From: Armatimonadota bacterium
GTDB taxonomy: Bacteria > Armatimonadota > Armatimonadia > Armatimonadales > Armatimonadaceae
NCBI GenBank assembly: GCA_043754515.1
Contig: JAYUUO010000089.1
Span: 1 to 14,385, forward strand
Reading direction: 5' to 3'
Length of the DNA stretch: 14,385 nucleotides
Below are positions 1 through 8,426 of the stretch, one piece after another. The notes below the pieces were generated by a model that was given only the letters and a program-made list of their open reading frames with translations, had not been told where the DNA came from and made no database searches. How positions within the stretch are numbered: the first letter of the stretch is position 1; each line of letters opens with the position of its first letter. The position numbers and the translations under genes are program-made.

Positions 1-422
1 GTTGAATAAACTCGCGAGCAACATCCCATGAAGTCCGAAGCGAAGGCAGGATCGAAATCGCGCCTCTGCCGCGTGTGCTCGTTGCGTAATAGTGCCGCCC
101 AGAACAGTATACTATGGTAACTCTCGTCGCCGACTGGCGGGACAAGGGATCGCCCCCTTGCTCTAGCTGGGGGGAGCAGGTCGCGGATATTTGCCTCCAG
201 AAGAGGGGCATCCCCCGTCGCGGCCAGAAGACGGAAATAGCCTACCTTCAAGATCATTTCGGCAACATAGCCGAGTAGATAAATGCCCGAATCCTGAGAG
301 CCACTTCCAGACACTGCTACTATGACCAGTTCCATAGCCGCGTAATAGCGGTCTTCAATCGCCGACTCCACGGTGCGCGGCGTCTCCGCCTGACTCTCCA
401 GCCGAGACCGCAATCCTAACAT
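1..422 (-). CDS. HEPN-domain-like protein, truncated at the window edge (140 codons visible)
   Basis: Hand translation from ATG 422 is stop-free to the edge: MLGLRSRLESQAETPRTVESAIEDRYYAAMELVIVAVSGSGSQDSGIYLLGYVAEMILKVGYFRLL...DESYHSILFWAALL...CCSRVYS. GIYLLGYVAEMILK resembles the YLxGYxxExxLK helix of standalone HEPN proteins and is followed by a downstream His. GGAGG lies 13 nt upstream; there is an alternative in-frame ATG at 446. Confidence 0.65.
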   Translation of the reverse strand, partial: MLGLRSRLESQAETPRTVESAIEDRYYAAMELVIVAVSGSGSQDSGIYLLGYVAEMILKVGYFRLLAATGDAPLLEANIRDLLPPARARGRSLVPPVGDESYHSILFWAALLRNEHTRQRRDFDPAFASDFMGCCSRVYS

Positions 423-446
423 AGAATGATCTGTTCCTCCGCGCAT

Positions 447-473
447 GGCGGGGTAGAAAAGGACTACCCCGCC
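447..473 (-). terminator. Stem-loop downstream of gap (terminator or mRNA-stabilising hairpin)
   Basis: Perfect 10-bp inverted repeat GGCGGGGTAG (447-456) / CTACCCCGCC (464-473) with a 7-nt loop, 27 nt after the gap stop. No U-tract follows on the minus strand. Confidence 0.5.
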
Positions 474-500
474 CGCAGTCGCAGAAAGCCTCCGTCGAGA

Positions 501-1574
<1,074 letters not shown>

Positions 1575-1649
1575 TTAATCGTTTGAATAGCGAAAATCAG
1601 TGGACCTGCGCGGAAGCGCGTACGGTTCCGACCAGCCGATTCCCTTGTA

Positions 1650-1678
1650 ATCATAGCCCGATAGGAGCGTCGCGTCAA
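1650..1678 (-). promoter_or_regulatory. sigma70-type promoter of gap
   Basis: Minus strand TTGACG (1678-1673), 17-nt spacer, TATGAT (1655-1650). Confidence 0.75.
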
Positions 1679-1810
1679 CTGCGGACGGCAACATTCGCGG
1701 CACCGGTGATCGAAGCATTGTCGGATCGTCCCCCATCGCCGAGGCCTGGGAGTGCTTACCAAGGCATCGGGTAATGACGGCTTCGTACGACTCCGCGATT
1801 CCGATCCTGC

Positions 1811-1839
1811 TTGCGCCCGGCGCGAGAGCGCGATATACT
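1811..1839 (+). promoter_or_regulatory. sigma70-type promoter of tRNA-Ala
   Basis: TTGCGC (1811-1816), 17-nt spacer, TATACT (1834-1839), about 45 nt before the tRNA. Confidence 0.7.
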
Positions 1840-1882
1840 ATTTTTTGCTCCTGCCGTCGAAACGCGAGTATCGTCGGCGCGG

Positions 1883-1955
1883 GGGGAATTAGCTCAGCTG
1901 GGAGAGCGCTTCAATGGCATTGAAGAGGTCAGCGGTTCGATCCCGCTATTCTCCA
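1883..1955 (+). tRNA. tRNA-Ala(GGC), CCA not encoded
   Basis: Acceptor stem GGGGAAT/ATTCTCC with the G3-U70 Ala identity pair. D-arm AGCTCAGCTGGGAGAGC, anticodon arm CTTCA-ATGGCAT-TGAAG (GGC, A32-U38), T-arm AGCGG-TTCGATC-CCGCT, discriminator A1955 followed by CAT rather than CCA. Confidence 0.97.
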
Positions 1956-2064
1956 CATTTCGGGGCAGGAACGGGCGGGACGTTTGGTGAATCATGGTTC
2001 CTGAAGCGGACCAAGAATTTACGGGACGGCCCGCCCGTTCCCTATTCCTGAGCCAGGAGACCCC

Positions 2065-3360
2065 GTGCTTTTTTTCCCATACAGCGCAAAGAACACCCCG
2101 GAGCGGTTCCCGTACGCGACGGCAATCTTGATTCTCGTTAACACACTCGTTTATCTAGCCACGGCGAATCTCAACTCCCACCTGTTTAATTCCGACAGTC
2201 CGTTCCTTTATATATTGCCCCGCGTCCTCGACCGGTTCGCTCTGTCATGGGCGACGATGGGCACGGAGCCGTGGCGGTTGATTACGAGCCAGTTTTTGCA
2301 CGCCGAGGTCTTTCACTTGCTCGGCAACATGATCGTGCTGTGGGTATTCGGTCCCGCTGTCGAGGGGCGACTCGGTGCCCTCCGCTATCTGGGGGTTTAT
2401 CTAATGACGGGGATTATCTCCGGTGCGTTCCAGTCGCTCGTGAGCGGCGTGTTGGCGCCCGAGTCATTCACCCTGGGTGCTTCCGGGGCGATCATGGGCC
2501 TCGCCGGGGCGTACCTCTGGCTGTTCCCGTTCGCGACGGTCAGCGTCGCCCTGATGCTGCCGTACGCTCGGATCACCTTCCGCGGCTGGTGGCCGGTGAA
2601 GGTCGCGCCGATTACGTTCGACTGGCACGCGCAGTGGGCGGTTTTATACCTTTTCGTCTGCGATCTATGGGCGGCCCTCTGGTCGGGCGGCTACGGCGGC
2701 GTCGCGAACTTTGCGCACATCGCCGGTCTCATGGCGGGCCTCGCCGCCGTCGCGCTCCTCAGGACGCCGCGTGACGGTCGGCGGATCTCGGAAACGCGTA
2801 AATTACAGGCGGAGGGCGTCAACCTCGGGGCGTTGTCGGTCGCGGAACTCGGCGGCTTGCTGAAACGGGAGCCGGACAGCGAGAAGATAGCCGCCGCATA
2901 CGGGGAGCGCATCTGCGACCCGAGCCTGGAGGAGTGGGAGGCCATCTTCGTGGACGCGCTGAACCGGTATGGCGCGGTACTATCCACGCACGGGGATGCG
3001 CGGCGGCTGGCGACGATGGCACTCGCCGTCCCACAAGATAGGGCGCGTTTGCCGGTGTTACCGCTCCTCCGTATCGCGGCGCGGCTCGAGAAGGCAGGAA
3101 GTGTGGAAGACCTCCGCGTCGCCGGACAGGTGTACAAGCAACTTTTTCGGCAGGAGAAGACTGGTTCCGACGCCGAGACGAGCCTTATACGTTACGCGCA
3201 GGTGCTGGAGCGTTTTGTGGCAGAGAAGCACTCCGACAACAAGAACGAGGCGGTTCTCCTGTACCAGACGTTGATCCGCCGCTTCCCGGGGTCGCCTCAC
3301 GTATTCAACGCCCAGGAGGCGTTGAAGCGTCTCGGCGCATCTTTACCGGACGGCTTTTAG
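2065..3360 (+). CDS. Rhomboid-family intramembrane serine protease with C-terminal soluble TPR-like domain
   Basis: WRLITSQFLH, HLLGNM, catalytic GASG and AHIAG motifs, several hydrophobic helices. GTG start with AGGAG SD. C-terminus AVLLYQTLIRRFPGSPHVFNAQEAL is TPR-like. Confidence 0.9.
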   Translation: MLFFPYSAKNTPERFPYATAILILVNTLVYLATANLNSHLFNSDSPFLYILPRVLDRFALSWATMGTEPWRLITSQFLHAEVFHLLGNMIVLWVFGPAVEGRLGALRYLGVYLMTGIISGAFQSLVSGVLAPESFTLGASGAIMGLAGAYLWLFPFATVSVALMLPYARITFRGWWPVKVAPITFDWHAQWAVLYLFVCDLWAALWSGGYGGVANFAHIAGLMAGLAAVALLRTPRDGRRISETRKLQAEGVNLGALSVAELGGLLKREPDSEKIAAAYGERICDPSLEEWEAIFVDALNRYGAVLSTHGDARRLATMALAVPQDRARLPVLPLLRIAARLEKAGSVEDLRVAGQVYKQLFRQEKTGSDAETSLIRYAQVLERFVAEKHSDNKNEAVLLYQTLIRRFPGSPHVFNAQEALKRLGASLPDGF

Positions 3361-3373
3361 AAAACGAGATTGG

Positions 3374-3388
3374 TGCTAGAATAACAAC
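3374..3388 (+). promoter_or_regulatory. Extended -10 element for a probable leaderless transcript
   Basis: TGcTAGAAT (hexamer 3377-3382) followed by 6 nt and then ATG 3389; no SD. Confidence 0.55.
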
Positions 3389-4402
3389 ATGCAAACAGAA
3401 ACCAGCGACTTTTTAGTGATCGGCGCGGGCGTCGCGGGGCTTGCCCTCGCGGGCGATCTGCAAAAGACCGGCGCGAAGGTGATCTGCGTGGACAAGGGGC
3501 GCGTCGTGGGTGGGCGGTGCGTCACCCGTACCCTCGCCACCGGCGCACTGTGCGACTACGGCGCGCAGTATTTTACGGCAAAGAGCGACCGGTTCGCGCG
3601 CTGGGCCGAGGCATGGCTCGCCGAGACAGGGAGCGATCTGCGCGTCTGGAACCGGGGATACCCGACCTGGGAGCGCGGCGCGATCACGGAGCGTGAGCCG
3701 GGACACCCGCGCTACGCGCCGACGACCGGCATGCAAATCGTCGCCGAGCGGCTCGCGCGCGGGGTGGACGTTCGCGTCAGCACCACGATCACCACGCTGA
3801 CACGTCAGGGCGAGCAGTGGGTCGCCACCGGGCACGCGCACCCCGGCGAAACACCCGTTTCCTTCTCCGCGAGGAACCTGTGCCTGACTCTGCCCGCCGA
3901 GCAACTCCTACGGCTCGCCGGTTCGTTCCTGTCGGACGACACGCGCGCCCGGCTAGAAGGCGTCTCCTACGCCCCCGCGTGGACCGTGGTCGCGGTACTC
4001 GAAAACGACATCCCGATGACACAGACAGCGATGGAGTTTAAGAACCACCCGGTGCTCGGATGGCTGTCGCGCGACCACACGAAACGCGACTTCCGCTTCC
4101 CGGAGCCGGTCATCGTCGCGCACGGTTCGGGCCTGTGGAGCCGTGTCCACATTGAGGACTGGAAAGACTCTGTTCAGGCGGCTATCCTCACCGCCCTGGA
4201 GGAGGTTTTCGGGACGCGAATCGGGGTGCGGGAGGCGCACACACACCGATGGCGGTATGCTATGCCGCTACAAACGACCGGGGAGCCGTTCCTGGCCGAC
4301 GCTGCGCAACGCCTGTATATATGCGGCGACGGGTGCGGCGGGATACGACTCGAGAACGCGCTCGGCACCGGCTGGCTACTCGCGGCGGGTATCAAAGGCT
4401 AG
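3389..4402 (+). CDS. FAD-dependent oxidoreductase, renalase-like (predicted NAD/FAD-dependent oxidoreductase family)
   Basis: GAGVAG dinucleotide-binding motif, DKGRVVGGR..TR, DYGAQYFT, RWRYA, CGDGCGG..LENA; 337 aa. Confidence 0.85.
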   Translation: MQTETSDFLVIGAGVAGLALAGDLQKTGAKVICVDKGRVVGGRCVTRTLATGALCDYGAQYFTAKSDRFARWAEAWLAETGSDLRVWNRGYPTWERGAITEREPGHPRYAPTTGMQIVAERLARGVDVRVSTTITTLTRQGEQWVATGHAHPGETPVSFSARNLCLTLPAEQLLRLAGSFLSDDTRARLEGVSYAPAWTVVAVLENDIPMTQTAMEFKNHPVLGWLSRDHTKRDFRFPEPVIVAHGSGLWSRVHIEDWKDSVQAAILTALEEVFGTRIGVREAHTHRWRYAMPLQTTGEPFLADAAQRLYICGDGCGGIRLENALGTGWLLAAGIKG

Positions 4403-4946
4403 AGGATCGGGGGCGGCCGCCCCCGATCGGTTTCTCCATCACGAAATCGTGGTGTAGTTCGCCGCCGAGGTCGAAGGTCGTGTAGCCGGTGGTGACGAAG
4501 CCGTTCCGCTCGTAGAAGCGCACCGCGCCGGTGTTCCCTTTATTCACGGTAAGCCACAGCGTTTCGCCGCCGCGCTCCCCGGCGACGGTTACCGCGCGGG
4601 CGAGTAGCCACCCGCCGATGCCCCGGTTCTGTCGCTCCTTCTCCGTATACAGCCGCCATAATTTGACAGGGTTCGTACCCCGCACCTCGGGCAGGGGTGA
4701 CCCGAAGTACAGTTTCGCATATCCCAGGAGTGCGTTGCCCTGATCGGTCGCCAGAATAAAGGCGGCGGCGTGGTCGGCGAGTTCGGCGCGGACCCGTTCC
4801 ACGGCGAACGACTCGGCAAGGTAGCGCGCCATCGCGTCCGGCGGCACTTCAGACTCGAAGGCATCGCGGAAGGTGCGCGTCGCGAATAGGGAGAGCACGG
4901 CGGCATCGTCGGGAGTGCCGGATCGGAGAATCAAGTCGGGAATCAT
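4392..4946 (-). CDS. GNAT-family N-acetyltransferase (PaiA-like)
   Basis: Acetyl-CoA motif RQNRGIGG, LWLTVNKGNTGAVRFYERNGF, TFRDAF..YLAESF, LWRLY. Overlaps the convergent oxidoreductase by 11 nt. Confidence 0.88.
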   Translation of the reverse strand: MIPDLILRSGTPDDAAVLSLFATRTFRDAFESEVPPDAMARYLAESFAVERVRAELADHAAAFILATDQGNALLGYAKLYFGSPLPEVRGTNPVKLWRLYTEKERQNRGIGGWLLARAVTVAGERGGETLWLTVNKGNTGAVRFYERNGFVTTGYTTFDLGGELHHDFVMEKPIGGGRPRSSSL

Positions 4947-5022
4947 CGCGCGGTTATTCTACCGCGAACCGGCGGCGCGCGGGAAGCCGCGAAAATTGAT
5001 CCGTTCGGATACAATACGCCTC

Positions 5023-5379
5023 ATGGATACGAACATAGCCGACACCGTCTTCGCCCGAATCGCGCGGGGCGAGATCCCCGTATCCGCCGTGTACGAGGAC
5101 GAGCACATCATCGCGTTCCCCGACATCAGCCCGCAGGCACCGGTTCATGTGCTGGTGATCCCGAAACCGGTGTTGCGCGACCTGCTCGGGCTTTCCCCAG
5201 ATGACGTGACGCTCGCGGGGCGTTTGTTGCTGGCGTGCGCGGAGGTCGCGCGGCGTTCGGGCCTCACGGCGGGCGGATTCCGAGTGGTGCTGAACACAGG
5301 CGCGGATGGCGGACAGTCGGTTCCCTATCTACACGCGCACGTCCTGGGCGGGCGCGTCCTGGGATGGCCGCCGGGCTGA
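5023..5379 (+). CDS. hinT: Histidine triad (HIT/HinT-like) nucleotide-binding protein (118 aa)
   Basis: DTVFARIARGEIP, AFPDISPQAPVHVLVIPK, GFRVVLNTGADGGQSVPYLHAHVLGGR..GWPPG. Start set at ATG 5023. Confidence 0.9.
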   Translation: MDTNIADTVFARIARGEIPVSAVYEDEHIIAFPDISPQAPVHVLVIPKPVLRDLLGLSPDDVTLAGRLLLACAEVARRSGLTAGGFRVVLNTGADGGQSVPYLHAHVLGGRVLGWPPG

Positions 5380-5399
5380 CCGGCCCGGACCGAGGAAAA

Positions 5400-5714
5400 A
5401 TGAGCATGAACGAGCACGAACCCGAAGAAGCGGAGCCGGTCGCGGACGCCGCCCCGAAGCCCACGCCTCCGCCCCCTCAGTCGCGGCGCGACTTCCTGCG
5501 CGGCGCGGGCAGGCATGCCGTTAAAGAGGCGGTGGATCTGGGAACGAAGGTGATCCCCGGCGGCGCGCTCGCGCGTCGTTTCCTTGACGGGGGCGCGGAC
5601 GCCGGGGCCGATGCGCCTTCGGACGGGGGCGACAAGCCGGTGCCCCCGAAACCGTCACGCAACCCGCTGCGATGGATCGCGGAATGGCGCAAACGGGTGG
5701 CGGAAAAGCCGTGA
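5400..5714 (+). CDS. Small hypothetical protein (104 aa) with a twin-arginine-like SRRDFLR motif
   Basis: GAGG SD then ATG 5400, 20 nt after the HIT stop; same frame as track ORF 5235..5714. Pro/Ala/acidic low-complexity protein. Confidence 0.65.
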   Translation: MSMNEHEPEEAEPVADAAPKPTPPPPQSRRDFLRGAGRHAVKEAVDLGTKVIPGGALARRFLDGGADAGADAPSDGGDKPVPPKPSRNPLRWIAEWRKRVAEKP

Positions 5715-5757
5715 GCGGCGCGATCAAGCCGCAGGCCGATTTCGAGATGTTTCTCGC

Positions 5758-5922
5758 GCTGGATGTTTGTTCGGTACGTCGTGGTCGCGTGGGTAGGGTG
5801 ATTGCGTCACGAGATGGGTTGCTAATTTGACGCGTGTTCGTGAGCACGGACGGCGAACCGTCTATGATGCAATCGCCCTGTTGCGCGGAAGGAGTCCGGC
5901 GCAACAATAGCCGACATCCGGT
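5758..5922 (+). ncRNA. Candidate structured RNA: long imperfect rod-like hairpin
   Basis: Hand pairing gives nested helices 5758-5767/5913-5922, 5777-5781/5897-5901, 5786-5809/5865-5887, 5812-5823/5852-5863 and 5833-5838/5843-5848, with many G-U pairs on the + strand. Confidence 0.4.
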
Positions 5923-5965
5923 ACAATCGTCCCAATAGAAATTGGGAAAGAGCACGCCGTTAACT

Positions 5966-6868
5966 ATGGAAACCGACGCCGCGAGTAAACAACGTTTACT
6001 GATGATGATCGCCCTGTTTTTTTGCCTTTTCGGCGGGTTCGCCGTTTGGGGCGTGATACAACGGGCGGCGGATCACGGCGGTGTTGGCGACCCGGTGCCG
6101 GTGACCCCGAGCCGCGCCGAGTCGCTCGCGAGGCACCGCCGCTCACTTCTAGCACGCAAGCAGATAGCGGCACTCGGAAAGACGGGCAAATGGCGCGAGG
6201 TGGTAAGTGCTACCGACCGTTTTATTTCCCAGGAGAATTGGAGTGGCATGCGCCTCCTGCGCGGCGAGGCATTGTTCCGCCTCGGCGACCCGCGCGGGGG
6301 TGACGCAATGGCGGACGTACTCCGAGGGAGTGGCGCAGAGGCGGCACTACTGCGCGGCGACGCGAGTATATATCGAAGCGAAACGGAGCGAGTCATTGCC
6401 AGTGTTGACGAAGCGACCGCGACCCCGCTCGCGGCCAACAACGCCGCTTGGCTTGCCGCCATCGCACCCACGTGCGACGCTATGACGCTCGCGAAAGCCA
6501 TGCGACTGTCGGAAAAAGCGGTCGCCGCGGCGCGGATAGGCGGCGGGCGGGTGCGTGGTGATCTGCCTACCTACACCAACACGCTCGGTGCCGTATACTG
6601 CCGGGCGGGACGTGAATCCGATGCGGTGAAGGTGCTACTGGAGAGCGAGGGTCTGCAAGCCGATCCGTTCAACGCGGCGTTTCTGGCGCTTGCCTACGCC
6701 CGATCCGGCGACGCCGTATCCGCGCGACTCTGGCGGGATCGCCTCCGGCGTAAGTTAGACGAAACGTATGCGACCCACGACGCGCAACAGTATCGCCACC
6801 AACTTCTGCTCCTGTGGCGCGAGACCGAAGGAGGCGGGCAGGAATCTTTCGCCGCAAGGGTGAAATAG
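5966..6868 (+). CDS. Membrane-anchored tetratricopeptide-repeat-like protein
   Basis: N-terminal TM segment LLMMIALFFCLFGGFAVWGVI. TPR-type motifs NNAAWLAA, YTNTLGAVYCRAG...A...L, FLALAYARSGD...AR.W. Start ATG 5966 or TTG 5942. Confidence 0.75.
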   Translation: METDAASKQRLLMMIALFFCLFGGFAVWGVIQRAADHGGVGDPVPVTPSRAESLARHRRSLLARKQIAALGKTGKWREVVSATDRFISQENWSGMRLLRGEALFRLGDPRGGDAMADVLRGSGAEAALLRGDASIYRSETERVIASVDEATATPLAANNAAWLAAIAPTCDAMTLAKAMRLSEKAVAAARIGGGRVRGDLPTYTNTLGAVYCRAGRESDAVKVLLESEGLQADPFNAAFLALAYARSGDAVSARLWRDRLRRKLDETYATHDAQQYRHQLLLLWRETEGGGQESFAARVK

Positions 6869-6873
6869 CCCCT

Positions 6874-7743
6874 ATGGCGAACACTTCCTCAGTATCAGTC
6901 CACGCGAATCAGCCACCAACGGCTACGGTCGGCGTTTTCGGCGGTTCCGGCTTCTACTCGTTCCTGACTGGCGACACCCGCGATGTGAAGATAGACACGC
7001 CGTATGGCGCGCCGTCCGACTCCGTAACGCTAGCCGAGGTCGGCGGGAAGACCGTCGCGTTCCTGCCCCGGCACGGACGGAACCACACAATACCGCCGCA
7101 TAAGATCAACTACCGGGCGAACCTCTGGGCGATGAAGTCGCTCGGCGTCACCGACATCATCGGGCCGAACGCGTGCGGGTCGCTCCAGCCGCATGTTAAG
7201 CCGGGCGAATTCGTGATCTGTGACCAGTTCGTAGATCGCACCGCCGGACGACACGACACGTTTTATGACGGGCCGATCGTGACGCATGTCTCCGCCGCCG
7301 ACCCGTACTGTCCTATCCTGCGCCAGCACGCCGCCGAGTCGTGCCGCGCCGAAGGGATCACGGTACACGAGCGCGGCACGGTCGTGGTCATCAACGGGCC
7401 GCGCTTCTCCACCCGCTCCGAGTCACGCTGGTTTTCCGCGCAGGGCTGGGAAGTTATCAACATGACGCAGTATCCCGAGATGTATCTGGCACGGGAGATG
7501 GAGATGGCGTACGTCAATATCTCGCTGATAACCGACTTCGACGCCGGACTGATCGACGAGGACAGACCGCCGGTTACGAACGACGAAGTACTGGCGGTTT
7601 TCACGGCGAATCTCGACAACCTGCGGCGGGTGCTTCGCCGCATGATCGAGATAATGCCAGATACGTCGGAGAGTCCCGCACGTTCCGCGCTGTCCGTCTC
7701 CCGTTTCGAGAAAGGCGGTCTGCCCCTAAACCATGTCTTCTGA
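6874..7743 (+). CDS. mtnP: S-methyl-5'-thioadenosine phosphorylase
   Basis: GVFGGSG, TPYGAPS, FLPRHG..HTIPPH.INYRAN, DQFVDRT, GPRFSTRSES, INMT..PE..LARE, TDFD. ATG 6874 lies 5 nt after the TPR gene stop. Confidence 0.93.
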   Translation: MANTSSVSVHANQPPTATVGVFGGSGFYSFLTGDTRDVKIDTPYGAPSDSVTLAEVGGKTVAFLPRHGRNHTIPPHKINYRANLWAMKSLGVTDIIGPNACGSLQPHVKPGEFVICDQFVDRTAGRHDTFYDGPIVTHVSAADPYCPILRQHAAESCRAEGITVHERGTVVVINGPRFSTRSESRWFSAQGWEVINMTQYPEMYLAREMEMAYVNISLITDFDAGLIDEDRPPVTNDEVLAVFTANLDNLRRVLRRMIEIMPDTSESPARSALSVSRFEKGGLPLNHVF

Positions 7744-8335
7744 AGAAACGCCGGGGGGCACGGGAACGCGGTCGCCCTCGCCCCGAGACCGGGCCGAGTT
7801 CGAGCGTGAGATGGTCGTCCACCTCGACTCGCTGTACCGCGCCGCGATGGGGATGACGCGCGATAAGAGCAACGCCGAGGATCTGGTGCAGGACACGTTC
7901 GTCCGCGCCTTCCAGTTCTACGGCCAGTATCAGGGCGGGACGAACGGACGGGCTTGGCTCTTCCGCATTATGACGAACCTGTATATCAACTCGTATCGGC
8001 GCAAGCACCGCGAGCCGGAACGCGTTTCCTACGACGAACTCGAAGACTTTTACCTGTACAACCGGCTCTCCGACGCACAGGGCCGCGCTCCCGGCACCGA
8101 CCCCGAAATCGAGGTCGTGCAACGCGTCGAGGCGGAGGCGATCAAGGAAGCCATCGAGAGGCTTCCGGAAGAGTATCGAGACACAGTAATCCTGGCCGAC
8201 CTGAACGAATTCGCGTACCAGGAAATCAGCGAAATGTTGCAAATACCTATCGGCACGGTGCGCTCACGCCTGTCGCGCGGGCGGCGTTTGGTGCAAAAAG
8301 CGATATGGGCGTTTACCGAACAAAACATGCGTTAG
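7733..8335 (+). CDS. ECF RNA polymerase sigma factor, SigH/SigR-like
   Basis: Region 2 AEDLVQDTFVRAF..F..Y..GTN.RAWLFRIMTNLYINSYR; region 4 LPEEYR...YQEISEMLQIPIGTVRSRLSRGR. Overlaps mtnP by 11 nt. Confidence 0.93.
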   Translation: MSSEETPGGTGTRSPSPRDRAEFEREMVVHLDSLYRAAMGMTRDKSNAEDLVQDTFVRAFQFYGQYQGGTNGRAWLFRIMTNLYINSYRRKHREPERVSYDELEDFYLYNRLSDAQGRAPGTDPEIEVVQRVEAEAIKEAIERLPEEYRDTVILADLNEFAYQEISEMLQIPIGTVRSRLSRGRRLVQKAIWAFTEQNMR

Positions 8336-8376
8336 TCGAGCGACATGCCTGGAAACGCGTCTACCCATAATGGCGG

Positions 8377-8402
8377 GGAACTAAACTCGCTGGAAAGCCG
8401 TT
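8377..8402 (+). promoter_or_regulatory. ECF (SigH/SigR-type) promoter upstream of the anti-sigma gene
   Basis: GGAAC (8377-8381), N17, CGTT (8399-8402), matching the GGAAY-N18-GTT consensus; then a GGGGAG SD and ATG 8427. Confidence 0.65.
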
Positions 8403-8426
8403 CACACCTGCGGGGAGATATAAGAA

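Noticed and set aside
2048..2064. GAGCCAGGAGACC resembling the cobalamin riboswitch B12 box (also AGCCTGAAACCTGCC near 8843-8857)
   Set aside because: The upstream conserved core (GGGAA...GCCCCCGCAACTGT-like) is missing. The first contains the rhomboid SD and the second has no downstream plus-strand gene.
4873..5022. 50-aa N-terminal extension of the HIT ORF in the track (similarly the extensions of gap to 1550 and mtnP to 6814)
   Set aside because: The HIT and mtnP extensions overlap neighbouring genes and the gap extension runs over its SD; family similarity begins at the downstream ATG in each case.
5758..5965. The rod hairpin as an integron attC site or SRP RNA
   Set aside because: No RYYYAAC/GTTRRRY boxes at its ends and no integrase; it lacks the SRP CAGG-GRAA-AGCA helix motif.
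7601..8242. 213-aa minus-strand ORF and other long overlapping ORFs (9517..10242, 13015..13689, 2247..2774)
   Set aside because: Antisense or alternate-frame shadows of confidently identified genes, Arg/Pro-rich and without motifs.
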